The position numbers and the translations under genes are program-made. Below the pieces are notes generated by a model, which searched no databases, had not been told where the DNA came from, and worked only from the letters and a program-made list of their open reading frames with translations. A stretch of 64,000 nt of DNA from Camelus ferus (taxonomy: Eukaryota). Location: the NCBI RefSeq assembly GCF_009834535.1, contig NC_045701.1, positions 66,216,001 to 66,280,000 of the forward strand, read 5' to 3'. Position 1 is the first letter of the stretch; each line of letters starts with the position of its first letter. This document shows positions 55,431-64,000 of this stretch, piece after piece.

Positions 55431-55949
55431 GGGTCACTTGGGTGTGACCCAATACCTTGGAAGAGCTGTGCTTTTCTGCGAGACCTCCGAGCTTTGTGCA
55501 ATTTGCCATATTTTAAAAGATGGAGGTGAGCCAAGGAGGTGCCTCTTCTGCTGCAGTATCTGCAGTCGTCTCAGACACCAGTATGTGAACGGTGCCTGGG
55601 GCGACCGCTGTAGGAGCGGGCAATCGCCTCTGTGCTCTCTCCTAGGGGGCCCTCCCCCAGTCCCAACCCAGTGGCTTTCTCCTAGCTCTTTCCTATTCTA
55701 ACCCAACAGACGCACGGAGAAGCTTGGCAAGGGCCTGGTCAGGAGCCAACCAGGACGTATGTGGTCAAAGATTGTGCTATGTCTTTTTTTTTTTTTTTTT
55801 TTCCAAACGAAGTCAATTTGTAAAAACAAAGGCGGAGTACTGACAAGTCTCACAGGTCCGTCCTCTCATTGCCTCCTTGGTCAGAAGCCTGGCGACGCCA
55901 CGGTACTGTGCCCGGACTGGGGACTCCCACAGTCTGGTCAAAACTGGCC

Positions 55950-58230
<2,281 letters not shown>

Positions 58231-58980
58231 TTAGACTAAGAGGCCCGATGGAATGTAAATCATAATGCCGATGCCCTGAAAACCCAAGCGGCGGGCGGGT
58301 ATTGGTGCACAGAGAGCAGCCTCAATCTCCCTCAGCCCTGGTGTGCGGGGCGGAGGCCTGTGGCCAAGATCCCCTGGGCATCTGGCCCGCTAGACTCATC
58401 TCCTTCCCATTGCAAGTTAAAATAAAAGATCGAGGTGCCGGCAGTAGCTGACCAGGGAGACGCTGGAGGATTCCCGGAGGATTAGCGTATTTGTTTGTAA
58501 CCTAGGAGGGCGACCCGGCATGCAGCTTTGCAGGAACAAAAAAGGAAGAGGTCTATTCATCCCCGAAGTGCACTGCTGATAGGATCCCCTTTGCCTAGGG
58601 AAGAAGTTTGTGGTTGATTTCTCCTTGCCACAGGAGACACAAGCGCGGGGCCCAGGGGTGATGGAAGGGCGATGAGAAATGCCTCAGTCTCAAAAGATCA
58701 CTCCGGGAGGGGTGATTCTTGCTTCTGCCTCTTGGGCAGGGCTTGCTAGGAGCTGTGCCCGCCTTCCCCTATCTCCCCATCACACCGGGTGTTTGTCGGG
58801 GATGAAGAAGACTCCTGGGTCCTCCCGGATGCATCCGATCGCCTTTAAGTCTATGCTAAAAGCGCCTTCCACCCCAGTCTAGGTTCGGACACCTGCCTCC
58901 AGATGTCCTCCGAGTCCCCCCACCATATACCAGCAAGATGGGCTCCTGGAGCCCAGCGAGCCCGGCCGCTCCCGGCTTAC

Positions 58981-59300
58981 CGCACTTCCCGGGCTCGGCC
59001 CCGCGCCGAGGGCTTTTGTTCGCAGCTCGCCTGCTTTCCTTTGCGCCTCTTCAGTCCCGGCGCCGACGGGGTCGGATTACTGCCTGCTGCAGCAGCGATA
59101 AGAGCCCCAGCTGCCGCCGCAGCCACCGCCAGTGTCTCTCCATGGGGCCCCGCACATACCCCAGTCGCTACCTACACGCGGGAGGGGGAGTGCGACAAGG
59201 TCTCCCTAAAATAACGCAGCTCTGCTCCCTTCCCTCACACTGATTCTTAAAAAAGGAAGCAAGCCGGGTTCCATAGCTGCTGCATCCATCGCCGCCTCTC
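58981..59300 (-). other. CCDC177: Probable non-coding CCDC177 exon 1; 5' end approximate
   Basis: Strong donor GCG|GTAAGC on minus (plus gcttac at 58975-58980) in CpG-rich sequence; gives an 854-nt intron to the 58126 acceptor. Confidence 0.6.
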
Positions 59301-59336
59301 CAACCGTGAAGGTACCGCGGGTCTTTCGACGCCCCC

Positions 59337-59351
59337 GGCGCCTCCTGGTGG
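59337..59351 (-). promoter_or_regulatory. CTCF-like motif
   Basis: Minus strand CCACCAGGAGGCGCC, a 13/14 match to CCASYAGRKGGCRS. Confidence 0.6.
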
Positions 59352-59899
59352 ACGCTCAAGGGTGTTGATTTGTTTGCTTAGAGGGCTAAGAAAAAAGTTC
59401 AAAAAACAAAACAAAACAAACCAAAACCCAAAACCAACCAAACAAACCAAAACCCCCCAAATTATATATACTCTCTCTCCCCACCACCCCACCCCCAGAA
59501 CCCCTGTGCTTTCAGCACCTTAACTGAAGGAATAGGTCAGCTTGTTTCTCAAGGGGGACCCTGACAGGCAAGCAAATTTCATAGCCAATAATTGAGTAGA
59601 AATATGGCTCCTGATTCAAATCATGATTTTATTTTTTTTAAGAAATACTAAAGACATTCAGATAGATTTGAGGCAGGCAGAAGACGTGTGCCTAGTGTTT
59701 ATTTAATGCAACATTTTAGAACTTCCTAGTTTCAGACAATTCAAATTAAAACCAGTCAGTGACAATTAACGAGTGCTATTTTGCAACGTCTCATCCCCAC
59801 CTCTTTTCCATTTTGAGCCACAGCAGACAGATGGAAGGAGTAGTTGAGGGAGGGGTTTAGAAGGTGGTTGAGACATAACATTATAGAGCATGGTGATCT

Positions 59900-60800
59900 C
59901 TGTTGTTAGTAACCTTGACATTGTCAGATAGGCAGTAAGGAGCAAGTGAAAGGCTTAAAGCAGGGAAATGATTTGGTTTATTTTTGAGGAACATAAGTCT
60001 GGCAACAACAGGATGAGGGTTTTAGAAGGGCCAAAGGGAGGCAGAAACCCAGTTAGCTGGACACTACAGTCACCCAAATCAGGAAGGATTGGGACCTGAG
60101 GGGGAGCAACAGTAGGAGTGGTGGGCCTGGTGGGAGGTGGGGGGGGTGTGTACAAATTCCTGAATAGAGTGTAAAAGAGGCAATACTCAAAGGTAGCTTG
60201 GCTCTGAGGTGTGAGGAGTAGTGAAGGGGCAAGGATGACTTCCTGGAGCAATGGGGTGGCTGGGTGGACCACAAACTGAGAGCGTGGATCCAAGAGGGAG
60301 GATTGAGTGGTGTGGAGGGCCAGAAAGGATGGGTTCCTTTTAGGATCACTTGAATGTAAGGTGGAGCCGCTCAGCAGGTGGCTGAGTAAGTTGTGTCACG
60401 GGTCTGGACTGGCACTAGAGTTTAGCACATCATCACCATATTTGAAATTCTTAAAACCAACAGTGTGAGTGAAATCATCCAGGGAGGTCAGACAGAGCAG
60501 TAGAGACGTGGACAGGACATTGATGGGGCTGCTAAGGGAAAAGGAGTCCATGAAAGGGCCCAGTAAGGACAGACAGCAAAGTGTGGTCTTGTGGAATGTA
60601 ATGGTGGAACACTCCAGAAGGAGAGCATGTGCCTACTGGTAAGGCTGCAGAAGTCCAGAAAATTTTTGCCTGAATCGGATGCATACTGAAACTGGCAGTG
60701 AGTGGGACTTTGGTGACATCAACAAACATAGCTTCTGTAATAGTCCTGGGAGCCGATGCCAAACCACAGGAGGTTGAGGTGCAATGGGAGGTGAGAAAGT
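59900..60800. mobile_element. Degenerate L2 fragments
   Basis: Purine-rich L2-like blocks, e.g. ggtgacatcaacaaacatagcttctgtaatag. Confidence 0.45.
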
Positions 60801-60832
60801 GAGATGTCTTTTGACATTTGGATGAGAGTGTC

Positions 60833-61150
60833 TGTGAAGGGCTTAAGATTTTATCCTACTTTCATGCTAACAAGTTAACCTGCCACTGTTTCATGGATGC
60901 TGGCGGAAGACATGAAACTCTTGGATCAAAAACAAAGGACTTTGTTGCTCATGGTACAGTAAGCAGCATGAGGTTTCTGTTTTTGTTGTCCCGTGGGGCA
61001 ATGGAGAGGTGGGCTCAGACAGACATTGTACATATAATCAGTTTGTGTTACAGCTGAATGACCCTAAGCTTAGGAGACTCTAACCTTTAAAGGAGGCTGC
61101 TAGCAAACCTGTACTACCTGTAAAGTAGTCCAGAATAAAAATCTTTACAA
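60833..61150. mobile_element. Old LTR (ERVL-class, subfamily not assigned)
   Basis: tgtgaagggcttaagattttatcctac...ctaacaagttaacctgccactgtttcatggatgctggc. Confidence 0.5.
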
Positions 61151-62225
61151 GACATGCAGAGATGCCATGAGCTGCTCTCAATAGAGAAAAGGAGCAGTTG
61201 GTCAGATGGCCAGTAAGAGGTGGGGCTGGGCTTTGGATGTGGCTCTGTCTGATCCTGAGGTGGGCCCCATAGTTTGTGTTTCCACACCAAGTTGAACATC
61301 TGGAGAGCTGTGGATTCAGATGGAGATAAGTGGGGCAAGTCAACCTCTTCAAACCTCTTTACCTTGGTTTTCCCCTCTTTACACAGGATCCCACTGAATT
61401 GCCTACCTCAAGGATTAATAATGTCTGCTATGTAAATGTCATCTTTGTCATTAAATAGAGACAATAATAGCTACCTATGCTAATTGCTACCCAATTGCAT
61501 ATAGAACTGGAAGGACTATATGCAAAGTACCTAGACCAGTGCATTTCAATAAACAGTGATAAAATAGTTACTCTTTATTTTGATAAAGCTCATCTAATAG
61601 GTGTGATGAACATCAATAAGAACACATCTGTAGTGTCCTGCAAGATTTTAAGGGAAAGCCCAACAAATGTTCCACCCTTGGTTAAGAAATCATTCTTCAT
61701 CTGGGAAGGTCGTGAAAGCAGAGGGCATGGGAAGGGGGCCCTAAAATAGGACAGTGACCTAGCCAGCCAGTTCAGCAGAACCAACTTGGCAATCGGTGGG
61801 GCGCTATTGAACAGTCAGATGTCTCTCTCCTATTGTCTTTAGGTGCCTTGGACATTTCAGGAGTTGGGTTTCACACAGGATGAGCACTGAGTTCCTCTGG
61901 GTTGGGAGTCCCAGCCTGCCAAAAATCAAGAGTTGTAAATCCAACTTTATTCTGGTACCCAGTAAAGACAGCAGCCCAGTTTGGGAACACCCACTTGCCC
62001 ATTATGAGTCGGGTAGTGGAGTGGTGGGCTTAAGAGTTGATAGATTAATTGTTCAAATTCTGGCCCAGCCGGACTGTATGATTTGAGGCTAGTTTCTTAA
62101 CCTCTTTGAACCTCAGCTTCATGAAAAGAAGAGGGCACTATGTGGACTGTTATCTTGCCTTGCACAGACCCTTAGAGATAATAATTTATTACGTACCTGT
62201 TGGATTCTTTAATATAATAACTCAC

Positions 62226-62566
62226 TGTTAGTCAGTTTGGGCTGCTGTAACAAATTACCATAGACTGGGTAGTTTAAACAACAAACATTTATTTCTCATA
62301 GTTCTGGAGACTGGGAAGATCAGGCAGATCTTGTGTCTAGAAAGGACCCACTTCCTGGTTTCCAGATGGCCATGTTGATGCATCTTCACATGGTGGAGAG
62401 TGGGCTCTCTCCTGTATTTTCTTATAAAGACACTAATCCCATCATTAGGGCTCTGTCCTCATAACCTAAGTACCTCCCAAAGGCCGCATCTCCAAACACC
62501 ATCACATTGGAGGGTAGGGTTTCAACATATAAATTTGGAGGGAACACAGACACTCAGTCCAAGGCA
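62226..62566. mobile_element. MLT1-type solo LTR
   Basis: tgttagtcagtttgggctgctgtaacaaattacc...ttcaacatataaatttgg...cactcagtccaaggca. Confidence 0.8.
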
Positions 62567-62732
62567 CTCGTTTTAGTTTGGATTTAAAAAATACAGTGTA
62601 GACATGATCTTCATTTCAATTCCTTTTTCTCAGCCTCCACCACCCACCTCAGCTCTGTGCACTGTATTCACCCCCCTTCTTCTCAATGTAATCCCATCCA
62701 CAGAACGGAGAGGATTCACTCTAAAGTTCTAG

Positions 62733-62944
62733 AGTTGGTAAACTGATCTGTGGGTCAAATCCACTGGCTACTTTTGTAAATCAAATTTTATTGGAACAAG
62801 CCATGCCTATTTGTTTCCTTATTGTCCTTTCTACTTCTCCCCCAACATGGCAGACTTGAACAGTTTTGACAGAGACTGTATGACTCACAAAGCTTCCAAT
62901 ATTTACCATCAGACTCTTGACAGAAAAAGCTGGTCAACCTCTGT
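62733..62944. mobile_element. MER58-like hAT element
   Basis: agagttggtaaact...ttttgtaaatcaaattttattggaaca...aatatttaccatc...aaaagctggtcaacctctg. Confidence 0.7.
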
Positions 62945-64000
62945 TCTAATGACTGCTAACAGCTTGTCCCAGTTATCAATCTATTGCCTTGCACCTCCAA
63001 ATCCACCCGTCAGTGCTTGCTCTGGGGTAACGGTCTGTAATCATTTCCTGCTTGACAGTGAGCACCATGCTAAGGTTTGCCAATAGAGGGCCCCGCAGGG
63101 ACGTTGCAGAAGGAAGGGGGCTTCTCTGCCTGGTTTCTGTGTGCTGTGCTTTTTGCTTTTTCTTCCTCCTGCTTCATAGCGAGCAGTGCAGGTGTGTGGG
63201 ACTCTCCTGTGAACCCTATGCCTGCTGCATGCTCAGAGCTGTCCCTTGGCGACCTGGCAGCCCTGGCCCAGGCCTGGGCACTGCCTTCCTGTGCCTTCCC
63301 GAGGCAGACACCATATGCTCCAAGCCTTGTGCCTGTTAGGTCACTCTCAATCCCTCTTACCAGCCTCTGTGCACCTGTGCCCTTGAAGATGGTTTCCTGT
63401 GAAGTTCTCTGCAACCCAGTGGGCTGCAACCACATCTTTTCCAAGGAGGTCTGAACCCCAGCCTTGATGAAGGGGCTCCCCCTCCAAGTTGTCCTTCCTT
63501 GAATACTCTCCTTCAGCCTTACTGAACTCTTGAGAGTTCTCTTTCTGTCTTTATATTTACTCTCTTTTCATAGCTTAATGCCTCTTTATATTAAGCTTCC
63601 TCTGTTTAAATTATTCTGTGATTTCTGATTAGACCCAGAGAAACACGCAGTATAAAGCAGTAACCACTCCCAGTTCTTGAGACTAAAGCCTTAAGAAGAA
63701 ATTTATGACACAAACCAGCTGGTAAAGGTAGTATTTGTTAAACATAAAGTGGTTTATTTCATGCCTTGTTGAAATAATGTATGTTCATCAGAGTGAGAAA
63801 TTAGAAAATACAGAAAATAGGAAGGAAAAAAAGTACCTGTAGATAAACAATCACCCAAAGCCCATGTGCTTGGTTGCAGCTTGGTGTGTAGATGCAGGGA
63901 CTTACAAACTGTGAGAAGACAGATCCATGTGTGTCGCTGCTCATAACTGCTTAGAGCCTGGGACACAGCAGTCCGTCCTGCCGAATGCATCAGCGAGAGG

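Larger units (their letters stand above)
58900..59360. promoter_or_regulatory. CpG-rich promoter/5' region of CCDC177
   Basis: Dense CG dinucleotides and high GC, ending at an A/C-rich tract at 59390-59460. Confidence 0.7.

Noticed and set aside
59511-59530. TTCAGCACC, a REST/RE1 left half-site upstream of CCDC177
   Set aside because: No GGACAG right half at canonical spacing, and a lone 9-mer is not significant.

Overview
Mammalian genomic DNA, most likely camelid. The lineage call rests on short tRNA-derived SINEs of the Vic-1 type and on seeing no Alu, Bov-tA, PRE-1 or CAN SINEs. The window holds two convergent genes. PLEKHD1 lies on the + strand: coding exons 2-13 span 10925-24069, all have GT-AG boundaries and one continuous frame, and exon 1 lies upstream of the window. 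CCDC177 lies on the - strand: a single coding exon at 58098-56004, a non-coding first exon near 59.0-59.3 kb and a CpG-rich promoter. The CCDC177 frame is broken by one extra base at about 57475-57480, which is either an assembly error or a real loss-of-function allele. The rest is intronic or intergenic DNA rich in MIR, L2, L1, MLT1, ERV LTR and hAT/Tc2 relics, with one 144-N gap. I found no new multi-gene system. The most unusual signals are the CCDC177 frameshift, a ~92%-identical local copy of a MIR bracketed by a 34-bp direct repeat, a purine-rich PLEKHD1 exon 12 acceptor with a better in-frame acceptor 120 nt upstream, three hAT elements chained at TCTAGA sites, and a near-perfect RFX X-box. 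Gene, orthologue and repeat-family names come from recall, not from database searches.
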